This document shows, piece by piece, positions 16,519 to 24,184 of a DNA stretch of 59,205 nucleotides. The stretch's first letter is position 1. The number at the start of each line of letters is the position of its first letter. The notes below the pieces were generated by a model. It did not search any database. It was not told the origin of the DNA and saw only the letters and a list, made by a program, of their open reading frames with translations. This stretch comes from a virus (lineage: Duplodnaviria > Caudoviricetes). The stretch lies in the IMG/VR virus record IMGVR_UViG_3300026026_000125, positions 1 through 59,205 of that record; one strand, 5' to 3'. A program made the translations under genes and the position numbers.

Positions 16519-17936
16519 ATGGAATTGATATAAATATTGGAATAGGGAAAATGCCACCTCAGGCAATAGAACTCGAAGAAGCTGTGTTAGGGTCAATAAT
16601 GTTAGAAAAAGATTCAATATTTATAGTCATTCAATATTTAAAACCAGAATCATTTTATAAGGATTCTCATCAAAAGATATTTAGAGCAATGTTGAAATTG
16701 TTTGAATCAAAGAAACAAATTGATATATTAACTGTTACAGAACAATTAAGAAAAGAAAAAAATATTGATGAAGTTGGAGGGCCTCATTATATTTCTAAAT
16801 TAACTCAAAGGATAGCTGGTTCTGCCCATATTGAAAATCATTCTATGATTGTAGCTGAAAAATACATGAAACGTGAAATGATTCGGATAAGTTCAGAATT
16901 ACAGACAATGGCTTTTGATGACTCCAATGATATTTCAGATGTTATTGATTATAATAGTTCTGAACTTATGAAATTAAATCAAACAGGGGAACATGGAAAT
17001 ATAATTCACATAAAAGATGCAATAAATAACAGTCTTAAAATAATAGAAGAAATATCGAAGGGAAAGATTAAATTTAATGGTATACCTTCCGGGCATACAC
17101 AATTAGATAGATTCACTTGTGGCTGGCAAAAAAGCGATTTAATAATACTTGCTGGAAGGCCATCAATGGGTAAAACAGCTTTATCATTAGATTTAAGTAA
17201 GGGGGCATCTGTTTTTAAGAAATCAATTTTAATTTTTTCATTAGAAATGAATATTACACAATTAGCCAATAGATTCATATCTTCTGAAACAAATTATACA
17301 AATATGGAGCTTAAAACTGGTAGAATAAATAATTGGGGTTCAGTGGAAAAATGTGTTAATTTTTTTGAGGATAAAAATATTTATATAGATGACTCCTCTC
17401 AACTTTCAATAAATAAATTTAGGTCAAAATCATATCTTTTTAAAAATAAATACAATATTGATATGATTATTGTTGACTATCTGCAATTAATGAAGGGATT
17501 TGGAAATAATAAAACAATTAGAGAGCAAGAAATTTCAGATATATCAAGAAATTTAAAATCTGTTGCCAAAGAATTAGATATACCAGTAATATCTCTATCT
17601 CAATTAAATCGTGCCGTTGAATCAAGATCTGGTAGTAAGCGTCCGCAATTATCAGATTTAAGAGAATCTGGAGCCATTGAGCAAGATGCAGATATTGTTA
17701 TCTTTATTAATAAGCCTGAAAAATATGGAATTTTGGAAGATGAAAACGGAAATTCAACAAAAAATATGACTGAATTAATTATTGCTAAACATAGGAATGG
17801 TAGTATAGGTGAAATAATTATGCATCATAATGATGGGATGACTAAATTTTGGGATAAATGTGATGAAAATATTTCTATATCAAATGAATTCATTCATCCA
17901 GATAATAATTTTGAATCTAATAGGGATATATTTTAA
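16515..17936 (+). CDS. dnaB: Replicative DNA helicase
   Basis: PPQAIELEEAVLG, AGRPSMGKT, VDYLQL, SQLNR and DLRESGAIEQDAD motifs. Confidence 0.97.
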   Translation: MNGIDINIGIGKMPPQAIELEEAVLGSIMLEKDSIFIVIQYLKPESFYKDSHQKIFRAMLKLFESKKQIDILTVTEQLRKEKNIDEVGGPHYISKLTQRIAGSAHIENHSMIVAEKYMKREMIRISSELQTMAFDDSNDISDVIDYNSSELMKLNQTGEHGNIIHIKDAINNSLKIIEEISKGKIKFNGIPSGHTQLDRFTCGWQKSDLIILAGRPSMGKTALSLDLSKGASVFKKSILIFSLEMNITQLANRFISSETNYTNMELKTGRINNWGSVEKCVNFFEDKNIYIDDSSQLSINKFRSKSYLFKNKYNIDMIIVDYLQLMKGFGNNKTIREQEISDISRNLKSVAKELDIPVISLSQLNRAVESRSGSKRPQLSDLRESGAIEQDADIVIFINKPEKYGILEDENGNSTKNMTELIIAKHRNGSIGEIIMHHNDGMTKFWDKCDENISISNEFIHPDNNFESNRDIF

Positions 17937-18093
17937 TGAAGAAATTCCATTTTAAGAACTTTTAATCAAACACTTTAAAATAGGCTATGTTATTAAACTA
18001 ATGATAATTAAACACATAAACTTTAAAATACATGAAAAAATATCAAAAAGGCGCTAACGAATAATAATATGAATAGTAAAAATTACGATTAAA

Positions 18094-18330
18094 ATGGAAG
18101 AAAAAAAACTTATATGCGTACTGTGTGGGCAGGAATGGGGAGTACAAAACCCATTTACAAACCGATGTGAAAACGAAAAATGTACAGGGTTTTGTACGTG
18201 GGGTTATAAACAGATGAAGCCTGAAAGTTTTTTTATTGATGATAAATGTATTCATGGGTGGGAAAAATCAGATTATTGCGCAGAAAACAATATGTGTGAA
18301 AAATGCAAAACGGCGGGCAATGACCGATAA
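18094..18330 (+). CDS. Cys-rich hypothetical protein
   Basis: 78-aa ORF; its stop is the TAA of the first array-2 TAAC box. Confidence 0.6.
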   Translation: MEEKKLICVLCGQEWGVQNPFTNRCENEKCTGFCTWGYKQMKPESFFIDDKCIHGWEKSDYCAENNMCEKCKTAGNDR

Positions 18331-18461
18331 CGGTGGCCGTATGGTGGCGTACCGGATTTTGAAAAACTAAAAAATCAAGTTACAATGAACGAGAATAAAA
18401 GCACGGAACAATCGCAACTTACCGAACCCGGTATGCACTATACGGCTTGTTATGACCCGTG
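18328..18461. repeat. attC-like hairpin site
   Basis: Arms GCCGTATGGTGGCGTACCGG / CCGGTATGCACTATACGGC with one extrahelical base. Confidence 0.85.
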
Positions 18462-19302
18462 TTTTAATCATGGTTCTCTTTTTTCTGGTATTGGTGGATT
18501 TGATTTAGCAGCAAAATGGATGAATTGGAACAATGTTTTTCAAGTTGAAATAGACAATTATTGTCAAAAATTACTTACTAAAAATTTCCCAGATGTTACA
18601 AGATATAGCGACATACGAGAGTTTGACGGCAAACAATACACCGGAGCAATTGACATTATTTCCGGCGGATTCCCTTGCCAACCATTTAGCAACGCCGGGC
18701 AAAAACAAGGCACAAAAGATGACCGCTATTTATGGCCGGAAATGTTACGAGTTATACGGGAAATACAGCCAATTGCCGTACTTTGTGAAAACGTGCCTGG
18801 AATCGTTGGAATGGAACTCGACAATATGCAGGCTGATTTGGAAAGTAAAGGGTACAAAACACAAGCGTTTATTATTCCAGCTTGCGGTAAAAATGCAAAG
18901 CATAAAAGAGACAGGGTTTGGGTTGTTGCTTACACCGACTGCCAGCGATGGAAAGATGAGCAAAAAGAAAGAACAAAACCTATATATAACAGAAAATGGA
19001 ACGATACGACTAAGGAACAAAGCAGGAACGATCAGCAATGCGGGATTATCAAATCAAGTTTTATTCTTACCAACACCGACAACGCAGGATTCAAAGAACA
19101 ACGGCAGTCAATCGCAAATGGAACGGAATACTTTGCCCCTAAATGCAGTAGCTGGTGGGAAACTGAACCCGGAATGGGTAGAGTGGCTGATGGGATACCC
19201 AATAGGGTGGACAGACTTAAATCATTAGGCAATGCAATTGTACCTCAGATTGCATTCGAGTTGTTTCGTTCAATCGAAGAACTTGTCTTACATGGGGCAT
19301 AA
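18385..19302 (+). CDS. C5 cytosine DNA methyltransferase, main chain
   Basis: LFSGIGG (I), GFPCQPFS (IV), ENV (VI), HKRDRVW (VIII), LGNAIVP (X); motif IX not seen in this frame. Confidence 0.93.
   Translation: MNENKSTEQSQLTEPGMHYTACYDPCFNHGSLFSGIGGFDLAAKWMNWNNVFQVEIDNYCQKLLTKNFPDVTRYSDIREFDGKQYTGAIDIISGGFPCQPFSNAGQKQGTKDDRYLWPEMLRVIREIQPIAVLCENVPGIVGMELDNMQADLESKGYKTQAFIIPACGKNAKHKRDRVWVVAYTDCQRWKDEQKERTKPIYNRKWNDTTKEQSRNDQQCGIIKSSFILTNTDNAGFKEQRQSIANGTEYFAPKCSSWWETEPGMGRVADGIPNRVDRLKSLGNAIVPQIAFELFRSIEELVLHGA
18593..19228 (+). CDS. Nested +1-frame second chain of the C5 methyltransferase
   Basis: 211 open codons ending LNPEWVEWLMGYPIGWT (motif IX-like). Confidence 0.75.
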   Translation: MLQDIATYESLTANNTPEQLTLFPADSLANHLATPGKNKAQKMTAIYGRKCYELYGKYSQLPYFVKTCLESLEWNSTICRLIWKVKGTKHKRLLFQLAVKMQSIKETGFGLLLTPTASDGKMSKKKEQNLYITENGTIRLRNKAGTISNAGLSNQVLFLPTPTTQDSKNNGSQSQMERNTLPLNAVAGGKLNPEWVEWLMGYPIGWTDLNH

Positions 19303-19524
19303 CGTTGACGGTTGTCGAAGTTGCCGACTAAGTAGCACAAAATTATCAATTTACTAAAAACTTAATAAAATGGCAGAAACTTTGAATACCCACGAAAACG
19401 GCATATGAAACGTGCGGGATTAGTAGCACTGCACTATCAAACTATAAAAATGTAAATTAAATGAGCGAACTTACAATAACAGATAAATCCCAAATTGCAT
19501 ATAGCGAGTGTTATACACAGGCAT
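19291..19524. repeat. Double-length fused attC-like site
   Basis: Two loop-like segments in tandem; outer arms do not pair with each other. Confidence 0.7.
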
Positions 19525-19554
19525 TTTTAGTAAATAATTGAAAACTAATATACT

Positions 19555-20556
19555 ATGATAACGAAAAACATTCAAGTACCAACAGGAAATATTTGCGTAA
19601 TGAAAGGCGAAAAGGGTTTTATTGAGTTCCTTTCGATTGGCGATTACGGCAAAGATTCAAATATTAAAGCCGACTTTCTCGGAATAACAAGAGAATTAAA
19701 TGGTGTGCCAAATGGTGAAATAATGTCTTTGAGCGAAAAATGGGTAATAACCATAAGTACACAGTATGGCTGTTCGATGGGTTGTAAATTTTGCGATGTA
19801 CCGAAAGTTGGCAAAGGTTTAAATGCAACATTAAACGACCTTACAAACCAACTTATTGAAGGTTTAAAATTGCACCCTGAAATTGGAGCAACAAAAAGGC
19901 TGAACTTACACTATGCAAGAATGGGTGAACCTACATTTAATTTTGATGTAATTGAACACTCTAAACAACTGCATAAGATTGTAAAACCTTATATTGGTAA
20001 TAGTATGATACACCCAGTAATTAGCACTATGCTACCAAAAGTAAATAAAAGACTTATGGAGTTTTTGAACGAGTGGTGCGACATTAAAAACTACACTTAT
20101 AGAGGTGATGCAGGATTGCAATTTTCGATTAATAGTACTGATGACGAGCAAAGAAATGAAATGTTTAGCGGAAATACGTTACCTATAAATGACATTGCCG
20201 AAATTGGAAGACTGCTACCCGACCCAAAAGGCAGAAAATACGCTTTAAATTTTGCATTAGCTGACAACTATATTGTAGATGCTGAAAAACTTGCAATACT
20301 TTTTAACCCTAATAAATTTATGGTAAAAATTACTCCACTTCATAAAACGCAAAGTTGCGATGATAACGGAATAATAACAACCGATGGTTACGAAGCATTT
20401 ACCCCATATCAAAAAGCAGAAACCGACTTAAAAAACGCTGGATTTGATGTAATTGTATTTGTTCCAAGCTATGATGAAGATTTAGGTTTAATCACTTGCG
20501 GAAATGCTATCTTATCGGGCAGTATTCCAAAAGTTAAATTTACGCAGGTACTTTAA
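19555..20556 (+). CDS. RlmN/Cfr-like radical SAM enzyme
   Basis: ISTQYGCSMGCKFC, MGEP and C-terminal TCG motifs. Confidence 0.85.
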   Translation: MITKNIQVPTGNICVMKGEKGFIEFLSIGDYGKDSNIKADFLGITRELNGVPNGEIMSLSEKWVITISTQYGCSMGCKFCDVPKVGKGLNATLNDLTNQLIEGLKLHPEIGATKRLNLHYARMGEPTFNFDVIEHSKQLHKIVKPYIGNSMIHPVISTMLPKVNKRLMEFLNEWCDIKNYTYRGDAGLQFSINSTDDEQRNEMFSGNTLPINDIAEIGRLLPDPKGRKYALNFALADNYIVDAEKLAILFNPNKFMVKITPLHKTQSCDDNGIITTDGYEAFTPYQKAETDLKNAGFDVIVFVPSYDEDLGLITCGNAILSGSIPKVKFTQVL

Positions 20557-20570
20557 TCGGAGACGGTTTT

Positions 20571-20716
20571 ATGCTTGTGTATAACGAATGGTGGTATGGT
20601 TAGTTGGGGATTAGATACCGACAACCTATCCACCGAGTAGAAACTTAATAAATATAAAGAATGATGAATAACGAACAAAAACCCCAATTAACTATACCAC
20701 GTGTTAGTGGCAGTAC
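20571..20716. repeat. attC-like hairpin site
   Basis: Arms GTGGTATGGTTAGTTGGGG / CCCCAATTAACTATACCAC. Confidence 0.88.
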
Positions 20717-21320
20717 GGATTGGTCAGGGGACAAAAACAGTATTTACAAAACGCTTGGAGCTTCAAATCATACGGATAAAGAACGCCAAAGCGAAGATTA
20801 TTACGCAACCGAACCAAAGGCAGTTGAATTGCTTTTAGATTTAGAAGATTTTACAAACTTGTATGTTTGGGAATGTGCTTGTGGACAAGGGCATTTATCG
20901 GAAGCAATGGAGCAAAAAGGAATAAAAGTAAATTCAAGCGATTTGATTTTAAGAGGCTACGATAAGGCTTATTTATACGACTTTTTAAGCGAAGAAAACA
21001 AAGAGTGGAAAGGACATATTATTACAAACCCGCCTTATAAATTTGCAAAGGAATTTGTTTATAAAGCATTATCAATTGTTCCTGATGGTTGCAAAGTAGC
21101 AATGTTTTTAAAAGTACAATTTTTAGAAGGCAAAGCAAGGAAACAATTGTTTGAGATATACCCACCTAAAATAGTTTACGTTTCAAGTAGCCGATTATTA
21201 TGTGCTAAAAACGGAGAATTTGAACAAATGATTGCTGGCGGAGGTAGTGCAGTTGCTTACGCTTGGTATGTTTGGGAGAAAGGATATAAAGGTAAAACAG
21301 AACTACAATGGTTCAATTAA
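20661..21320 (+). CDS. N6-adenine (amino) DNA methyltransferase
   Basis: DYYATEP, WECACGQG, IITNPPY and YAWYVWEKG motifs. Confidence 0.88.
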   Translation: MMNNEQKPQLTIPRVSGSTDWSGDKNSIYKTLGASNHTDKERQSEDYYATEPKAVELLLDLEDFTNLYVWECACGQGHLSEAMEQKGIKVNSSDLILRGYDKAYLYDFLSEENKEWKGHIITNPPYKFAKEFVYKALSIVPDGCKVAMFLKVQFLEGKARKQLFEIYPPKIVYVSSSRLLCAKNGEFEQMIAGGGSAVAYAWYVWEKGYKGKTELQWFN

Positions 21321-21331
21321 GCACTTTTGTA

Positions 21332-21476
21332 GTATTGCCGCTAACGCTAAGTATATGGCAAGTTGGGGAATAGAAACCACTGCACTATAAAAATAATACT
21401 AACTTAATAAACAGAGATACAAATGAATACACTACAAAAACCCCAATTGCATAAACATAGTGTTAGGCAACGTAAG
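21332..21476. repeat. attC-like hairpin site (probably chimeric)
   Basis: GCCGCTAAC...TTGGGG / CCCCAA...GTTAGGC; outer parts of the arms pair poorly. Confidence 0.8.
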
Positions 21477-21764
21477 TTTTCTATTCTGAAAATACTCATA
21501 AGCCTTTATATCGAAAAAATACATCGCAAAGTTTATGATAACCAATATCGGCAGGATTACAAAATAACATGGAAAGATAAACCAATATTGAAATGGTACT
21601 CATTCCTATTTTGGTTGCTTCCTGATTTTAGAACTTATTTGAAACATTGGAAGCCAATTATAAAAAAGGCTTATAATATCAAAAAACTATCAATTATTAG
21701 ACAGGTAACATTTTGGAATATCCGAAAAGTAAATGTAGAACGCTATTCTTCTTATGTTGCCTAA
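21423..21764 (+). CDS. Cassette-borne hypothetical protein
   Basis: Starts in the hairpin loop and stops at the TAA of TAAC. Confidence 0.7.
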   Translation: MNTLQKPQLHKHSVRQRKFSILKILISLYIEKIHRKVYDNQYRQDYKITWKDKPILKWYSFLFWLLPDFRTYLKHWKPIIKKAYNIKKLSIIRQVTFWNIRKVNVERYSSYVA

Positions 21765-21862
21765 CGGCTGGCGGTATGAAGCGTACCGCATTGTAGAACG
21801 CTTCAAATTATTAACAAGCCTTTCTGCGGTATGCTTTATGACCGCTTGTTAGGCACAGTACT
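21751..21862. repeat. attC-like hairpin site
   Basis: Arms GCGGTATGAAGCGTACCGCA / TGCGGTATGCTTTATGACCGC. Confidence 0.88.
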
Positions 21863-21868
21863 TTTATT

Positions 21869-22093
21869 ATGGCTGAATTGAAAATAGAAAAACATAAATG
21901 GCAACCAAATTTCAAAGATGAAACATGGGTTATTGATAAGCGTAGGCAAGAAGAGTTTCAAATTACCTTAAAACAAGGTGAAGATATTGAAATTGAATTT
22001 ACATGGGATTATGGATATGGTGGGCGTGGGACTGAGCGAATGTATATCAATCCAAAAGTACTAAGGGAGCTACTCGATGAGTTGGGTCTTTAG
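21869..22093 (+). CDS. Cassette-borne hypothetical protein
   Basis: 74-aa ORF filling one cassette. Confidence 0.75.
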   Translation: MAELKIEKHKWQPNFKDETWVIDKRRQEEFQITLKQGEDIEIEFTWDYGYGGRGTERMYINPKVLRELLDELGL

Positions 22094-22125
22094 TATTGTG
22101 CCTAACAAGTGTATATATGCAACTT
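22092..22125. other. Terminal half-site (attI-like) of array 2
   Basis: GTGCCTAAC-AAGT-GTATATATGCAACTT; no hairpin partner. Confidence 0.7.
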
Positions 22126-22147
22126 CTGTATTACAAAAATTAATTAA

Positions 22148-22315
22148 ATGACTATAGTACAATCAATAAGAGTTAATGTAAATATCATTGAAAAACAACA
22201 ATGGTTAAAAGATCATAACATTAACTCCGATGCATTTATGAGAGTGGCATTTGAAGATAAATTTGAAAAAGAATATGGCAAAGTATTTAAATCTAAGCTT
22301 GAGGTTCCTTTTTGA
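22148..22315 (+). CDS. 55-aa ribbon-helix-helix-like protein at the end of array 2 (not in ORF track)
   Basis: MTIVQSIRVNVNIIEKQQWLKDHNINSDAFMRVAFEDKFEKEYGKVFKSKLEVPF. Confidence 0.65.
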   Translation: MTIVQSIRVNVNIIEKQQWLKDHNINSDAFMRVAFEDKFEKEYGKVFKSKLEVPF

Positions 22316-22423
22316 TAAATTTCTTTCTTATTTTAGAGCATGGACAAATAGATACGTCATATCTATTCTATCTCCCACATCTAAGACAATACCAATCACA
22401 TAATTTATTATCGTATCTGTAAT

Positions 22424-22870
22424 CTATAAATCTTTCCTGACCAATAATATTAATTTGTCTTGATTGCATATTAAATTTTTATTATTTATGACAGCAAAAG
22501 GAATAGCTAATAAAGGAGTTATAGATTTCAATGAAGTATCTTTTGAAATTATTTTAGCGTGAATATGAAGTTTCCTTATTTCATCTAAAAGTTTCCATTG
22601 TTGATCGCTTTTTTCATTTAAGGCATCTAATTTTACTGATATTATATCGATTGATGAATTATCTGCTTTATTTGTAAACTGTTGTTTCATTTGTTCTTTA
22701 TACTCATTAAATTCTGGCCTTTTAATAGTTTGAATGAGTTGAGAATTAACATTATTAATGAACTCTTTATTATCAGAACGTCTGTTTTGGAAAACAGTTA
22801 TTCCCAATGTCATCAATATAGTTAATATTGCTGTTATCAGAACTCCTAATCTACTCATTTTCGCATTCAT
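22424..22870 (-). CDS. Membrane-anchored coiled-coil protein (lysis module)
   Basis: One N-terminal TM segment followed by a helical region. Confidence 0.6.
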   Translation of the reverse strand: MNAKMSRLGVLITAILTILMTLGITVFQNRRSDNKEFINNVNSQLIQTIKRPEFNEYKEQMKQQFTNKADNSSIDIISVKLDALNEKSDQQWKLLDEIRKLHIHAKIISKDTSLKSITPLLAIPFAVINNKNLICNQDKLILLVRKDL

Positions 22871-22871
22871 T

Positions 22872-23330
22872 TTATAATATGATTAATGTAACAACTATCA
22901 TTAAAGTAATCCCAAAAAGTGTCATTATTATAAAATTTTTACCATAAAAATTCAACCAAACAATATTGATATAATTACACAACAAAATTAAAATAGAAAC
23001 GCCTAGAAAAATATATCCAATAATAGGGGAATTACATAATAATGTATGCTGTTCCTTGCTGACGAATAATAGAACTATATCAAAAATACAATTTAATCCT
23101 ACAATTATTAATCCTGCAATAATTAATCTTTTTTCTATAAAAAATGATCGGCTGATATTTTTTTCTATATATCTTAATAATATAAATGCAGCCAGTAAAG
23201 AAATAAAAAAACCTCCATGTGTATTTAGAAAATAGAATTCCTTTAATTGCCTTGAAACATCAGCTAATTGAAAATAGTAAATACTAAAAACAATAAATAA
23301 AGGAATTCCTATTCTAATTAAAATATTCAT
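22872..23330 (-). CDS. Multi-pass membrane protein
   Basis: About five hydrophobic segments. Confidence 0.7.
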   Translation of the reverse strand: MNILIRIGIPLFIVFSIYYFQLADVSRQLKEFYFLNTHGGFFISLLAAFILLRYIEKNISRSFFIEKRLIIAGLIIVGLNCIFDIVLLFVSKEQHTLLCNSPIIGYIFLGVSILILLCNYINIVWLNFYGKNFIIMTLFGITLMIVVTLIIL

Positions 23331-23569
23331 TCTGGCGGATCGTCAGGTCTTGGTTTTGGACCACCATCTTGTTTTACTGTGCCCCCTGTAACGTTTGAAT
23401 CTTTTGCAAGAATTAATCCTATACCTCCAAAAATAGTTGTTAAGGTAGTCATGACTGATTCTTCAGTAAATTCACCTGATTTAAGTGCAAAAATAAATCT
23501 TACTATTCCTCCTAAAATAGCTAAAATTCCAAGAGAAGTCGTTTTCCAATTTGTTAAAATCGATTTCAT
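23327..23569 (-). CDS. Putative holin
   Basis: NWKTTSLG...two TM segments...GLILAKD, charged tail. Confidence 0.6.
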   Translation of the reverse strand: MKSILTNWKTTSLGILAILGGIVRFIFALKSGEFTEESVMTTLTTIFGGIGLILAKDSNVTGGTVKQDGGPKPRPDDPPE

Positions 23570-23579
23570 AATTTTGCTT

Positions 23580-24173
23580 TTAAAATGATTTATAAACAAT
23601 TTTTAATTTGCCTTTTTTTACATACTCATAAATATTCTGCGGAGAAACCTCCCAGGGATTAGGGAAAAATCCTGGTATACCTGCGTTGGCAGAAATTGCA
23701 AAAACTTCTCCGCAAGTATTCATTCTTTCAGATGCTCCCCCGGTAGACCCTATCCATAAATTATTAAATAACTTTAAAGCCTTAAATAAAATCTTAACCG
23801 GGAATGAAAATACTAAGCTGGGAATGTCGTAAGCGTTATCTATCAACGAATAAGCCTTGTCGGCTATCTTTTTTGTCTGTTTGTCGGTTAATTCTTCAGT
23901 GAATTCACAGAGAATGAATTTAGCTTTCGCCTCACCTATAGTAGTTTTAAAGTAATCCGTATCTTCCCATTTCTCTTTTCCAACTCCGTCTGCCTTTGCA
24001 TCAATCATCAAATATTCAAAAGGATTTGGTTGAGGATTAGGTGACTTTACAAAAGTATGAGACCAGTATAAATCCATTCCTGGACATTCTAATTGTTCAA
24101 ATGATGTGATTGCTTGGCCAAGTTTTCCACTTGAAAGACAAAGACCTACTTGTATTTTATTTTCTACGTTCAT
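23580..24173 (-). CDS. Permuted papain-like (YiiX/NlpC-P60-like) amidase/peptidase
   Basis: WSH...YD...CGE...SPQNI, with His before Cys. Confidence 0.7.
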   Translation of the reverse strand: MNVENKIQVGLCLSSGKLGQAITSFEQLECPGMDLYWSHTFVKSPNPQPNPFEYLMIDAKADGVGKEKWEDTDYFKTTIGEAKAKFILCEFTEELTDKQTKKIADKAYSLIDNAYDIPSLVFSFPVKILFKALKLFNNLWIGSTGGASERMNTCGEVFAISANAGIPGFFPNPWEVSPQNIYEYVKKGKLKIVYKSF

Positions 24174-24184
24174 AATTTATATTT

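Larger units (their letters stand above)
18328..22125 (+). mobile_element. Integron-like cassette array 2 (5 cassettes)
   Basis: End pairs GTTATGACCCGTG(18449)/CATGGGGCATAAC(19291); GTTATACACAGGCAT(19510)/ATGCTTGTGTATAAC(20571); GTTAGTGGCAGTAC(20703)/GTATTGCCGCTAAC(21332); GTTAGGCAACGTAAG(21462)/CTTATGTTGCCTAAC(21751); GTTAGGCACAGTACT(21848)/AGTATTGTGCCTAAC(22092). Confidence 0.9.

Noticed and set aside
18051-18058. GCGCTAAC as a further cassette site
   Set aside because: No hairpin arms or matching GTTAG partner found; at most a remnant.
18328-22125. CRISPR array or simple terminators as the explanation for the repeats
   Set aside because: The units are gene-sized, the repeats are divergent hairpins without T tails, and the end complementarity is cassette-specific.
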